Source of the DNA: Candidatus Levyibacteriota bacterium
Lineage (GTDB): Bacteria > Patescibacteriota > Microgenomatia > Levybacterales > UBA12049
Assembly (NCBI GenBank): GCA_016199085.1
Contig: JACQHJ010000003.1
Location: 38,676-102,675, forward strand
Direction of reading: 5' to 3'
Length of the DNA: 64,000 nt
Made by a program: the position numbers and the translations under genes
In this document: one piece after another, positions 20,646 to 30,033 of the stretch
Position numbering within the stretch: position 1 is the first letter of the stretch
Layout of the letters: each line of letters starts with the position of its first letter
Notes under the pieces: generated by a model
The model's database searches: none
Told to the model about the DNA's origin: nothing
Seen by the model: the letters and a program-made list of their open reading frames with translations, nothing else

Positions 20646-21038
20646 ATGCAACCAACCCATGCAGGCGGAATAATCGTAAACCTAAAAGGGGAAATTCTTT
20701 TAGTCTTAAATAAGCTGGGATATTGGACTTTTCCAAGAGGACATATTGAGAAAAACGAAGATATTTTAGAAGCTGCCAAAAGAGAAGTAAAAGAAGAGAC
20801 AGGAGTAGAAAACTTAGAATATGTAGGAGCTCTTGGAACTTATGAAAGAAGAAGGTTAAATAAACCTGAGGTTATAATGGTAACCCAGATGTATTTATTT
20901 AAAACCTCCCAGGATAAAGTTCAATCCCAGGATGATCAAAATCCTGATGCGAAATGGTTTAGAAAAGAAAATGTAGTAAATGCTCTTACCGCCCAGGGAG
21001 ACAAAGATTTCTTCACACAAAAACAAAACCTACTTTGA
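20646..21038 (+). CDS. NUDIX hydrolase
   Basis: Nudix box GHIEKNEDILEAAKREVKEETG. Confidence 0.93.
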   Translation: MQPTHAGGIIVNLKGEILLVLNKLGYWTFPRGHIEKNEDILEAAKREVKEETGVENLEYVGALGTYERRRLNKPEVIMVTQMYLFKTSQDKVQSQDDQNPDAKWFRKENVVNALTAQGDKDFFTQKQNLL

Positions 21039-21647
21039 TTTAAGTTTATATTTTAACCAATCTCCGCCGTTATATCTGTTTCTTCCTTTAACATGCCAGT
21101 CATGCGGATCAGATGTCTGAATTTGATCCCAAAGCTTCTTAGCTGATTTTGTAAATAGTCTGTCTCGTACGGCATATTTTCTGCTTCCCCGCCACTTTTT
21201 CCTTAAAGGAACTCCCATAGACTCCTGCTCTTTAAGTTCAAGGTCAACATCTAAACCGTCTGCATCTTTTACTATTTTTGATTCCACTGATTTTCTTTCT
21301 TCGTATTCTTTCCAAAGAGTCAGAAATTCTTGCTCAAATAAAGTCTCAAATAGCATGTCCTTTATTCCCAGATCTTCTGCTCTCTGTACATATTGGCGCG
21401 AAAGATAATCAACGTCTCCGGCTCTGCTTTCTGCAATGTCATGGATAAGAGCCATTTTCATAATCTTATCCGTATCTTTAACCTTTTCCATCTTTGCAAT
21501 TAGCAGTGCCATCCAGATAACTCTTAAATGATGCTCTGCCAGATTTTGAAAATTGGGATTAAAAAAACGTTGCCAGCTTCTTGGGATAAATCTTAGACAT
21601 CCAATTTCATACAAAAGTTCGAGGTTTCTTTTAAATGACTTTTTCAT
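21030..21647 (-). CDS. HD-domain hydrolase (YfbR/HDDC2-like)
   Basis: LAEH, MALIHDIAESRAGD, VKDAD. Confidence 0.85.
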   Translation of the reverse strand: MKKSFKRNLELLYEIGCLRFIPRSWQRFFNPNFQNLAEHHLRVIWMALLIAKMEKVKDTDKIMKMALIHDIAESRAGDVDYLSRQYVQRAEDLGIKDMLFETLFEQEFLTLWKEYEERKSVESKIVKDADGLDVDLELKEQESMGVPLRKKWRGSRKYAVRDRLFTKSAKKLWDQIQTSDPHDWHVKGRNRYNGGDWLKYKLKSK

Positions 21648-21737
21648 ATAAGGGATATATAACAATATTGTCAGTAAAACACAATAGTTTTGTTTTTAGA
21701 CTTTTCTAATATTTACCAAGGAGTATAATATTTATTA

Positions 21738-22454
21738 ATGAGATTAAAAGCAATTCTTGTCATTTTCGTATCTCTTTTTGTTTTTTCTTTTGTTTTTTGG
21801 TACTTTAATCAAGAAAATAAAAACGTAAATATGATAAACAAAAATTCAGGAAATGGGATCACTTATGTTGCTATAGGCGATTCATATACTATTGGTTATG
21901 GTGTAAACGAAGATGAGAGATGGCCGAATGTCTTAACCGAAAATTTAAAAAAAGAGGGGATTGAAATCAGTTTGGTTTCTAACCCTTCCGTTTCGGGATA
22001 TACGGTAAGAGATGTTATTTACTTTGAACTGCCAGAGGTTGAAAGAATTAAACCTGATTTTGTAACCGTTCTGATTGGAGCAAATGACAGTTTTGGTCAA
22101 AAAGAGATAGGTTTATACCAAAAAGATTTAGTAGAACTTTTGGATAAACTTGAGGATATGCTGCCAAATCCTAAAAATATCGTTTTAATTACCATCCCCG
22201 ACTATTCAGTATCTATCCAAGCTGCAGGATTTCCTAAAAATGAATTAGTCAGACTTATCAGTCAATATAACAACGTAATTAAAAAAGAGGCTAACAAAAG
22301 AGGACTTATGGTTGCCGATATATTTCCTGTCAGTAAGAATATGACTAAAGCAAGTGATTATACTTCGGATGGCTTGCACCCTTCGGCAATAGGTTATTTA
22401 AAATGGGAGAGAGTGATCTTTCCGGTTGTTTTTGATTTATTAAAGGATAAATAA
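21738..22454 (+). CDS. SGNH/GDSL hydrolase
   Basis: GDSYT, IGAND, DGLHP. Confidence 0.92.
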   Translation: MRLKAILVIFVSLFVFSFVFWYFNQENKNVNMINKNSGNGITYVAIGDSYTIGYGVNEDERWPNVLTENLKKEGIEISLVSNPSVSGYTVRDVIYFELPEVERIKPDFVTVLIGANDSFGQKEIGLYQKDLVELLDKLEDMLPNPKNIVLITIPDYSVSIQAAGFPKNELVRLISQYNNVIKKEANKRGLMVADIFPVSKNMTKASDYTSDGLHPSAIGYLKWERVIFPVVFDLLKDK

Positions 22455-22485
22455 GTGCTTCCAAATTTATCTAAAATAGGGTATA

Positions 22486-22932
22486 ATGATAGCAATGCAT
22501 AAAGATTTTTATGCAAGCGGATTTCTTTATCACCCCAAGACCCAGCAAATTCTCTTGCAACAAATAACTTCTACAAGCGATAGCCCATCTTGGACCTTAC
22601 TTGGAAAAAACTCTACTAAAGGCAGATCCGGACAAGAAGTTTTGAAAGAACTTTTACAGGAAGTCCTAAATCTTAAAATAAAAATCGATAAGATAAAAGA
22701 GGTTTATTCATATTTTTCCAAAAAATTTAACCAAGATCACAATATCTATTACGTGGAGGTAAAAAGGCTCTATAGAAAATCCCCTTTAGAAAATACTACG
22801 GTCTCATGGTTTACGTTTAAACAAATACAAAAATTAAATGTTTCAGAACAAACAAAACAGGATATTATCATAGGTCAAAGAGTTATCGATTCCTCTATTA
22901 GAAAAAGTTTGGGACAAAGAACGATCGGATAG
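22486..22932 (+). CDS. NUDIX-like protein (degenerate box)
   Basis: ASGFLY..ILLQ..W.L.G..ELLQE.L; VSWF. Confidence 0.55.
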   Translation: MIAMHKDFYASGFLYHPKTQQILLQQITSTSDSPSWTLLGKNSTKGRSGQEVLKELLQEVLNLKIKIDKIKEVYSYFSKKFNQDHNIYYVEVKRLYRKSPLENTTVSWFTFKQIQKLNVSEQTKQDIIIGQRVIDSSIRKSLGQRTIG

Positions 22933-22943
22933 TAAGTGAAAAC

Positions 22944-24383
22944 TTAGGGCAATTTATTTTCCAGAAGTTTTTGATAAAGATTTAAATACTCTTTGGCATT
23001 TTTTCTCCAGGAAAAATCACTGGAAAGCGCGTTTTCAACCATAGTTTCGTAAGCTTTTTTATCATTTTTCCACATTTGGGCTGCCTTTAATACTTTTTGT
23101 TCCAAAGCTTCAGAGGTATATGCGGAAAACAGAAAACCGTTGAAACCGTCTTTAATAGAATCTTTAAGCCCTCCGGTTTTGTGAGCAATTGGAATTGTTC
23201 CAAAAAGCATGGCTATCATCTGTATTAGTCCGCATGGTTCATACTTTGAGGGAATAACGATAAAATCCGAACCAGCGTATATCTGATGGGCGAGTGTATC
23301 GTCGAATTTAAAACTGCAGGAAATATATTTTGGGTAGAAAGTAGAAAGCCATGTGAATCTTTCTTCCCACGCTCTTTCTCCGGTTCCCAAAATTACAAAC
23401 TGGAATTTGGTCTGATCAACGCGTCTTAACATTCTATGTAAAATCTCCAGTCCTTTTTGTTCTTCTGAAAGCCTTCCTACAAAACAAAACATGGGAATAT
23501 TTTTATCTACCTTTAAGCCTAGCTTTTTCTGCAAAAATTCTTTATCAAGTGGCTTACCCTCTTTCCAATTGTAATATTCTATTTCTCCGTCAGTACGCTT
23601 CTCCTTTGGTCCGTAAGGAAACCTAACCGCAGGATTTCTTGCAGTATGACGCCAGTCCGTATCTATTCCATTTAAAATTCCATAAATTAGCCCCTCTTTT
23701 CCTCTAAGTATCTCATGAAGACCGGATCCGAATTCTTCCGTAAGGATTTCTCTGGCATATGTGGGACTGACTGTTGTGATAATATCCGAATGGATAATTG
23801 CTTCCTGCAAAAAGTTAATTTGTCTTGATTTAATTTCCCATTGAAGTATTTTACAAAGATGTGGATCTAGACCCATTTTCTTAATAAGATCAACCGATCC
23901 TTTTCCCTGGTGTGCAAGATTATGAATTGTCAGCATTATCTTAAGGGGTAGTTTTTCCTGTCTTATTAAAAGAGGAACAAGACCACCATGGTAGTCGTTT
24001 ACGTGGACAATGTCTATGTTCCAGTCCAGAATCTTGGTTTTAAGAAGTTCAACGACTGCTTTATCAAAAAAAGCCCAAGTCTCTACAGGAATTACTACGT
24101 TAAGATATTTTTTGTTTTTTAAAAAATATCCAATAACCTTCGTATAGGGATTTAAGGCCTGCCAGACCTCAACCTTTGTGCTTTTTCCTGCATATATAAA
24201 GCTATAACTTCCTATTTTTGTTTTTTTGTTTCTTCCGAATTTTGAGACTTTGTAGTAGGGGGTGATAACGCGGATATCGACATTTAATGCTTTTAGGGCA
24301 CCTGGTAATGATCTTGCTATATCTCCAAGTCCTCCCAGTTTGAAAAATGGATCATTTTCCCAGACAACAAAGAGTACATTCAT
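22944..24383 (-). CDS. glgA: Glycogen/starch synthase (GT5)
   Basis: KLGGLGD, TIHNL, TVSPTYAREI, PSKYEPCGL, TGGLKD. Confidence 0.92.
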   Translation of the reverse strand: MNVLFVVWENDPFFKLGGLGDIARSLPGALKALNVDIRVITPYYKVSKFGRNKKTKIGSYSFIYAGKSTKVEVWQALNPYTKVIGYFLKNKKYLNVVIPVETWAFFDKAVVELLKTKILDWNIDIVHVNDYHGGLVPLLIRQEKLPLKIMLTIHNLAHQGKGSVDLIKKMGLDPHLCKILQWEIKSRQINFLQEAIIHSDIITTVSPTYAREILTEEFGSGLHEILRGKEGLIYGILNGIDTDWRHTARNPAVRFPYGPKEKRTDGEIEYYNWKEGKPLDKEFLQKKLGLKVDKNIPMFCFVGRLSEEQKGLEILHRMLRRVDQTKFQFVILGTGERAWEERFTWLSTFYPKYISCSFKFDDTLAHQIYAGSDFIVIPSKYEPCGLIQMIAMLFGTIPIAHKTGGLKDSIKDGFNGFLFSAYTSEALEQKVLKAAQMWKNDKKAYETMVENALSSDFSWRKNAKEYLNLYQKLLENKLP

Positions 24384-24385
24384 AT

Positions 24386-25564
24386 TTATTCCATAAAGGT
24401 TAGGGCAATACCCTTTTTATTGGCTCTACCTGTTCTTCCGATTCTATGTACATAGTCATCATATGTTGCCGGCATATCAAAATTTATCACATGGCTTACA
24501 TTTGGTATATCCAAGCCTCTTGACGCAACATCCGTTGCAATCAAAACCGAAATTTCATTGCTTTTAAACTGTTCCAAAGCCCTTTGTCTTTGTCCCTGGC
24601 TTTTATTGCCATGGATTACACCAGCTTTTATTCCCCTTCTTAAAAGCTCATTGGTAAGTCTTTGCATTCCCCATTTAGTCCTTCCGAAAACCAATACTTT
24701 TTCAAACTCTTGCAAAGACAGTAAATCATGCAACTTATCTATTTTATCATGTTTTTCTATTTTTATTACCCTTTGTTCTATATTTTCGGCTGTTATCTGT
24801 TTTTCAACGGAAACTGTAACGGGATTTGTTACAAATGACGACAATATTTCTTTTACTTTAGGAGATATTGTTGCAGAGAAAAAAAGAGACTGACGGTTTG
24901 GACTTAGAAGAGAAATAAAATATTTAATATCCCCTATAAAACCAATATCAACCATTCTATCCGCTTCATCTAAAACAACGTTATTAAAAGTTGATAAAAC
25001 AAGGCTTCTTTCCCCAATTAACTCTTTTATTCGCCCAGGTGTTCCAATAACGAAATTAATGTTTTGTCTTAGTTCATTTTTTTGCCTCCATAGACTCATT
25101 CCGCCTATACAAAGTACAGCTTTTATACCAAGGCCTTTAGAAAAATCTCTTAATTCTTCCTGAATTTGTAAAGCAAGTTCTCTGGTTGGCGTTATAATTA
25201 AAACTTTTTGGTTTCTGTTAAGAAAGACTTTGTTTATTAAAGGGATTAAGAAAGCTGCTGTTTTACCCGTTCCCGTATTGGCTATACCGATTAAATCTTT
25301 GCCCATTAAAATGTGGTCAATCGCTTGATCTTGTATTGGTGTGGGAACAGCATATTTCTTGGCTGAAATATTTGCCTTTAACTCACTAACAATTGCAAAA
25401 TCCGAAAAACCGTTTCTTGGAGAATAGTTTTCTTCTAAGCTTTCCTTTTTATTGCTTCCTATAATCTCAACAGCTCTAATTGCTTCCAGAAGTTGCCTGT
25501 TTGGAAGTTTTTTGGGCACAAAACGCCTGTTTTGCTTATGTCTTGGGTAAAACTTTTTGTACAT
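24386..25564 (-). CDS. DEAD-box RNA helicase
   Basis: TPIQ, TGTGKT, PTRELA, DEAD, SAT, HRIGRTGR. Confidence 0.97.
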   Translation of the reverse strand: MYKKFYPRHKQNRRFVPKKLPNRQLLEAIRAVEIIGSNKKESLEENYSPRNGFSDFAIVSELKANISAKKYAVPTPIQDQAIDHILMGKDLIGIANTGTGKTAAFLIPLINKVFLNRNQKVLIITPTRELALQIQEELRDFSKGLGIKAVLCIGGMSLWRQKNELRQNINFVIGTPGRIKELIGERSLVLSTFNNVVLDEADRMVDIGFIGDIKYFISLLSPNRQSLFFSATISPKVKEILSSFVTNPVTVSVEKQITAENIEQRVIKIEKHDKIDKLHDLLSLQEFEKVLVFGRTKWGMQRLTNELLRRGIKAGVIHGNKSQGQRQRALEQFKSNEISVLIATDVASRGLDIPNVSHVINFDMPATYDDYVHRIGRTGRANKKGIALTFME

Positions 25565-25770
25565 AAATTTAGATTAAAAGAATAAAGCTGCTTAAAAAAA
25601 TGTGGATTAGAGGAAAGATACTGATTTCTAAAAAATGTGTAAAGTTACTTATCTTGTACTAATCGAAAATATTTAAAGCAGATGTATTATCTCAATCTGC
25701 CTTTACTATTTAGTATTATACCAGTTAATAAGGCATAAGTCAATAACACTATGGGATTAAACGGAAAAGG

Positions 25771-26085
25771 TTAGCGTGTGAATAATATAAGCAGGATCAA
25801 GGCTACGAGAGTAATTGCAGAAAATGAGATAAGGGTATAGGTAATTAGCGATATTGCTTCTTTCTTCTTGCCGTCCACATACATTTGAGCTGGTTGTCCA
25901 AAGATTAAAAATCCTGTTAAAGCTGCCGAAAACACAAAAAGAAGTAGCATTGCAATGGGTACAATAAACATGTTTGCTCTTCCTATTTTTATAAGAGATC
26001 CATAATACATAAATATTCCAACTGCGACTATATAAAGGGCTGTTAATGAAGCGTTGATGAAACCCTTTTTCTGTAACTGACTCAT
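25771..26085 (-). CDS. Small membrane protein
   Basis: Three hydrophobic segments; LLFVFSAA..G motif. Confidence 0.7.
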   Translation of the reverse strand: MSQLQKKGFINASLTALYIVAVGIFMYYGSLIKIGRANMFIVPIAMLLLFVFSAALTGFLIFGQPAQMYVDGKKKEAISLITYTLISFSAITLVALILLILFTR

Positions 26086-26136
26086 ACCGGCATTATATCA
26101 CTTTTTGTAAATATGCAATTTATCGCGTCGTACAAT

Positions 26137-27537
26137 CTATTTAATAGACAAAAATTGAGCATAGATAACATAGAGGCTAAATCCTCCATAGAACAAAAAT
26201 GCTAGAGCCATCACGCCAATCCTAAAAAATGATGGACGGATTGATTTTTCAAGTGAGGTCATATTAAGCCAAAGAACCAACCCAGTATGGACAAACATAG
26301 CAATAGCATTAAGTACGGCTGCTATGATTACAAGCTGCAGCGGTTCAGTAAAACCCAAAAGCAATATAATAATTCCCGCAATAATTTGTAGCCATAAGAC
26401 CAAATAATACAAAGGGCGAATGTTTTTTTCTTTTAGTCTTCCAAAAGCACCCAAAATTACATTCTCCGATAAAATCCTGCTCGTTGCATCAAATACTCCA
26501 AGCTGTGTTCCAAATAATGTAAGCGAAACGATTAAAAGGAAGAATGTCCCAACAGCGGGAAAGATTCTCTCACCGATAAATCTTGCCTCATGAATAATAA
26601 AGTTAACTCCCTGTTCAATTCCCGGCTGTCCGAAAACAGCTGAGTAAGAAAGAAGGGAAAGAAGAAGTATTGTAATCGATCCCGTGAGCCAAAAGATTAG
26701 AAAATGTTCGATATTAATATTCCTCCACCATAAATTAAATCTTTTGGTGTTCTCTGCAGTTTCTTCAAACTTAGTCCCTGTTATAGAGATTTCTTCACTT
26801 TTTCCCGTAAGTAAACTTGTAATTCTTCCTGCATACTTTCCCATACCATACCCTTTCTCCTTAATATAAAAAGACTGGGCTAGGTTAAGATTGCCTCCTG
26901 CACCTGCATAGGCGAGTGCTGCTAGAAAAGTAGCGATACTAATGCCTGCCGGAAGAAAAAGGAATCCCTCGCCAACCCCAACCGTACCCAAAAACAATGC
27001 GGTTAAGTCTTGTGGCTTGGCAAGAATAAAGCTCAGGATAAAAATTGAAGGAACGCCTATTAAGATGATAGTTTTCTGGAATACCTCAAGTGTTTTATAA
27101 AGAATTGGTCCCAATGAAAGAATTACCCCAATTAGAATTAAAAGGACTATGGCCAAATAATGAGAGTCCCCAATTCCAATAATGGTGCCTAAAAACTTGG
27201 CGGATGACGCGATTATTCCTGGCCACATCCAGGGAATAAACGTTGATATAAGAAACCAAAACGAAATTAATTTAAGTTTTCGGGAAAGACCTACAAAAAT
27301 ACTTTCACCATGAGCCAGCGCATATCTTTCTATTTCCATATTGATGAAAAACTGGAAAGTTATCCCAAGCAATGCTCCCCAAATAATTCCTAAACCGTAA
27401 TTTGCGCTAAGATAAGGCCAAAGAATTACCTCACCGCTTCCTAAACCCAGCGCCAGAAGAATAAAACTTGGACCTATTAATTTCCTTAACGACAAAGGGT
27501 CGGGCAAGAGATTAACCGATAAAGATTTAAGAGACAT
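26137..27537 (-). CDS. NRAMP-like (APC superfamily) transporter
   Basis: GPSFILLALGLGSGEVILWP; ~11 TMs. Confidence 0.8.
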   Translation of the reverse strand: MSLKSLSVNLLPDPLSLRKLIGPSFILLALGLGSGEVILWPYLSANYGLGIIWGALLGITFQFFINMEIERYALAHGESIFVGLSRKLKLISFWFLISTFIPWMWPGIIASSAKFLGTIIGIGDSHYLAIVLLILIGVILSLGPILYKTLEVFQKTIILIGVPSIFILSFILAKPQDLTALFLGTVGVGEGFLFLPAGISIATFLAALAYAGAGGNLNLAQSFYIKEKGYGMGKYAGRITSLLTGKSEEISITGTKFEETAENTKRFNLWWRNINIEHFLIFWLTGSITILLLSLLSYSAVFGQPGIEQGVNFIIHEARFIGERIFPAVGTFFLLIVSLTLFGTQLGVFDATSRILSENVILGAFGRLKEKNIRPLYYLVLWLQIIAGIIILLLGFTEPLQLVIIAAVLNAIAMFVHTGLVLWLNMTSLEKSIRPSFFRIGVMALAFLFYGGFSLYVIYAQFLSIK

Positions 27538-27631
27538 AAGCTAATTATATAAGGCCTATTAATATTTTACCAATCGATACATCTAAAAAAATGGCTGCTT
27601 ACTAGTTGCACTCATCTGTTATAATCCAAAT

Positions 27632-28420
27632 ATGGGATTTCTTCAAGAAGGAGATCCTGCCCGCTATCATCTTGCTACTACCGAAAGCGGACTTGATATT
27701 GCTGTTCACAAAAAGGCGCTACCTAAGCCTTCTGATATTGATACTAGGCAAGCCAGTAGGCTCGCTAGGTATCTAAAACTTCCTGGCGATTTAGTTCTTC
27801 CATCTGCCGATCATGAATGGGGTTTTGGTCCTGTTCTTAGACAAATAGAAAGCCCTCATCCTGATTGGGTACTTTATTCCTGCGATCTTCCCCAAGGTCA
27901 ACAAAGGAATATAGGAAAGACCGGTGTTGCACAATCGACAACTCTATCTCTTTTATTTGAATTATTGGAAAGGGAAGGAAAGGAAACTGATTCTGTGGTA
28001 CAACAACACCAAACTGTTAATGTAATGGTCAACGGGATAGGAGTTCCCGAAGGATTTGGCTTAATTGCACACTTAAATCCTCCTCTTCTTTCTTGGCTTG
28101 GCGAAAATATGTCTGATCCCGTTTCCGAAGTTATTACCGATGCAATGATAAAAAGTTTTCATAAAATGTATGGGAGTAAACCTTCGATTTATGATGCACG
28201 AGAATTTTACGTTGATTGGCAAGAATCAGGACTATTGTTTACCTCAGTTCCTAGGGCGTTTTTTAATACTGCTCGTGGAACCGTTATTCCAGGAATGGGT
28301 TATGATATGACAACAAATAACTCTGATTTTCCGCATCAACAACTCTCTTTACTAGTAGGACTTGCAAAAATTGAAGAACTTGCAACCGGAGAATATTTCA
28401 GAAAAGCTCCCCAAGCTTAA
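27632..28420 (+). CDS. Hypothetical protein
   Basis: 262-aa ORF after a TATAAT box; no recognised family. Confidence 0.6.
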   Translation: MGFLQEGDPARYHLATTESGLDIAVHKKALPKPSDIDTRQASRLARYLKLPGDLVLPSADHEWGFGPVLRQIESPHPDWVLYSCDLPQGQQRNIGKTGVAQSTTLSLLFELLEREGKETDSVVQQHQTVNVMVNGIGVPEGFGLIAHLNPPLLSWLGENMSDPVSEVITDAMIKSFHKMYGSKPSIYDAREFYVDWQESGLLFTSVPRAFFNTARGTVIPGMGYDMTTNNSDFPHQQLSLLVGLAKIEELATGEYFRKAPQA

Positions 28421-28424
28421 GTAT

Positions 28425-28726
28425 TTAATTATTTTCTAAAGATTTATTAATATCGTAGTCTGTTTTAGGATCTTCCATTGATGCTCTCACGCTGGTTTAA
28501 GCCGCCAAATGAAAAATTACATTGGGCTTAACATCTTTTACGACTTTGTATAGTTGTTCAGAATTTCTAATGTCAACGTTATAAAATTTTGAACGAGGGT
28601 TAAGGTTTTGAGAGCTTCCCTTGCTTAAATTATCTACTACTGTTACCGCATAATCTAAACCCATAATGCATCTTGAATATGCGATCCAATAAAACCAGCG
28701 CCTCCTGTAATTAAAGCTTCTTTCAT
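28425..28726 (-). pseudogene. Truncated NAD-dependent epimerase (GalE-like) pseudogene
   Basis: MKEALITGGAGFIGSH, frameshift, VTVVDNLSKG..DIRN..IFHLAA* (in-frame TAA) TSVRASMEDP, then truncation. Confidence 0.85.
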
Positions 28727-28846
28727 TCAGAATATTATAAGATAAATATATTTAAATAACAAATTTAGTACATAATTATTTTTTGTTATTTTAGCAATTA
28801 AAGATTTATTTAAATATTAAATTATGCTAGTATTATAAGATTAAAT

Positions 28847-30004
28847 ATGTCGAGAGAAATTAAAGAACTATCGGGTGTGAATAATAGGCCTGATATTTTG
28901 TTTGCACATAGAGATCTTGCCACAATTGATAGGGGCGGTATTTGTGTTCTTTTTAAATCATTATCTGCAGGCTTAGCGTCAAAAGGTTATAAAGTTCATT
29001 TACTAAGTACAAGAGATATATCTTTGGAGGGAGTATCAGTTCATAGGTTACCTGACATCGAAGATCCAAGAAAATATTCCCAGGTTGTCACTGAAGCAGT
29101 TGAAGATATTGATCCTTTAATAGCTGAGTGTTCAACTTGGAGGTATGAATTACTAGACTATTCAAACAGGCATGGTAGAAGATCTAGGTTAGTAGTAAGA
29201 GCTGACCCAAGTGCAGAGACATTATTTCAAAATGCTGAACATCATTCAGAAGGTGAAAGAGTTCTTTGTGCAAATGCGGATCTTATTTTAGCAGTAAGTG
29301 ATTTTGCTAAACGCGACATACAAACAAGATATGGTGTAAGTGACGACAAGATTCATGTGGTTTATAACGGAATTCCAGTAGTGGAAACTCCTACTCAAAA
29401 TTCAACTATAACATCAGGAGAAATTTTACATCCTGAATTAAATGATGCACAAAGAATACAAAGCTTAAGACTCCAAGATGTTTTAAAACCACAAAGGATT
29501 AATATTATTTGGATAGGAAAGCCAACAAGCATGAAGGGTTTCGATTTTTTAGAAGCTTTGGTTGCAAACGCTACGGATGAATTTAATTTTGTTGTTAACT
29601 TAGGTTATTCTCCCAACGAGATTATGTGGAAAGATGAAAATTATAGAAAATGTACATTTATTAGAGGTTTGAGCAAAAGCGACCAAGCAAAATTGATTAG
29701 TGGATCCGATGTGCTTTTGTCAACTTCTCGATTTGAAGGATTTGGTATTGTGGTTGCAGAAGCACTCCAGTTTGGAGTTCCTGCAGTGATAAACCTAGGG
29801 TGTGAAGTATTTAATGAATTTAAAGATATAAATGGAGTAAGTTTAGTAGATGTACTTAATCTGGAAAAAGTATACTCGACGCTAAGAGCAAGTAAACTTT
29901 TAAAAACTAGGTCATCCCTGCTTCCAGATTTTTTCACTCAAAATCAAATGGTTAATAAAAGCCTGGAATATTATCAAGAACTCTTAGGGTCTAACAAATC
30001 ATAA
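28847..30004 (+). CDS. Glycosyltransferase family 4
   Basis: AVSDF, VVYNGI, KGFD, SRFEGFGIVVAEAL. Confidence 0.9.
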   Translation: MSREIKELSGVNNRPDILFAHRDLATIDRGGICVLFKSLSAGLASKGYKVHLLSTRDISLEGVSVHRLPDIEDPRKYSQVVTEAVEDIDPLIAECSTWRYELLDYSNRHGRRSRLVVRADPSAETLFQNAEHHSEGERVLCANADLILAVSDFAKRDIQTRYGVSDDKIHVVYNGIPVVETPTQNSTITSGEILHPELNDAQRIQSLRLQDVLKPQRINIIWIGKPTSMKGFDFLEALVANATDEFNFVVNLGYSPNEIMWKDENYRKCTFIRGLSKSDQAKLISGSDVLLSTSRFEGFGIVVAEALQFGVPAVINLGCEVFNEFKDINGVSLVDVLNLEKVYSTLRASKLLKTRSSLLPDFFTQNQMVNKSLEYYQELLGSNKS

Positions 30005-30033
30005 GCTTATAGTTTATGATATAATATGTGCTC

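Noticed and set aside
28480-28505. Possible further att-like site (TGCTCTCACGCTGGTTTAAGCC)
   Set aside because: The core is mismatched, the motif is out of register, and it lies within the epimerase pseudogene coding sequence.
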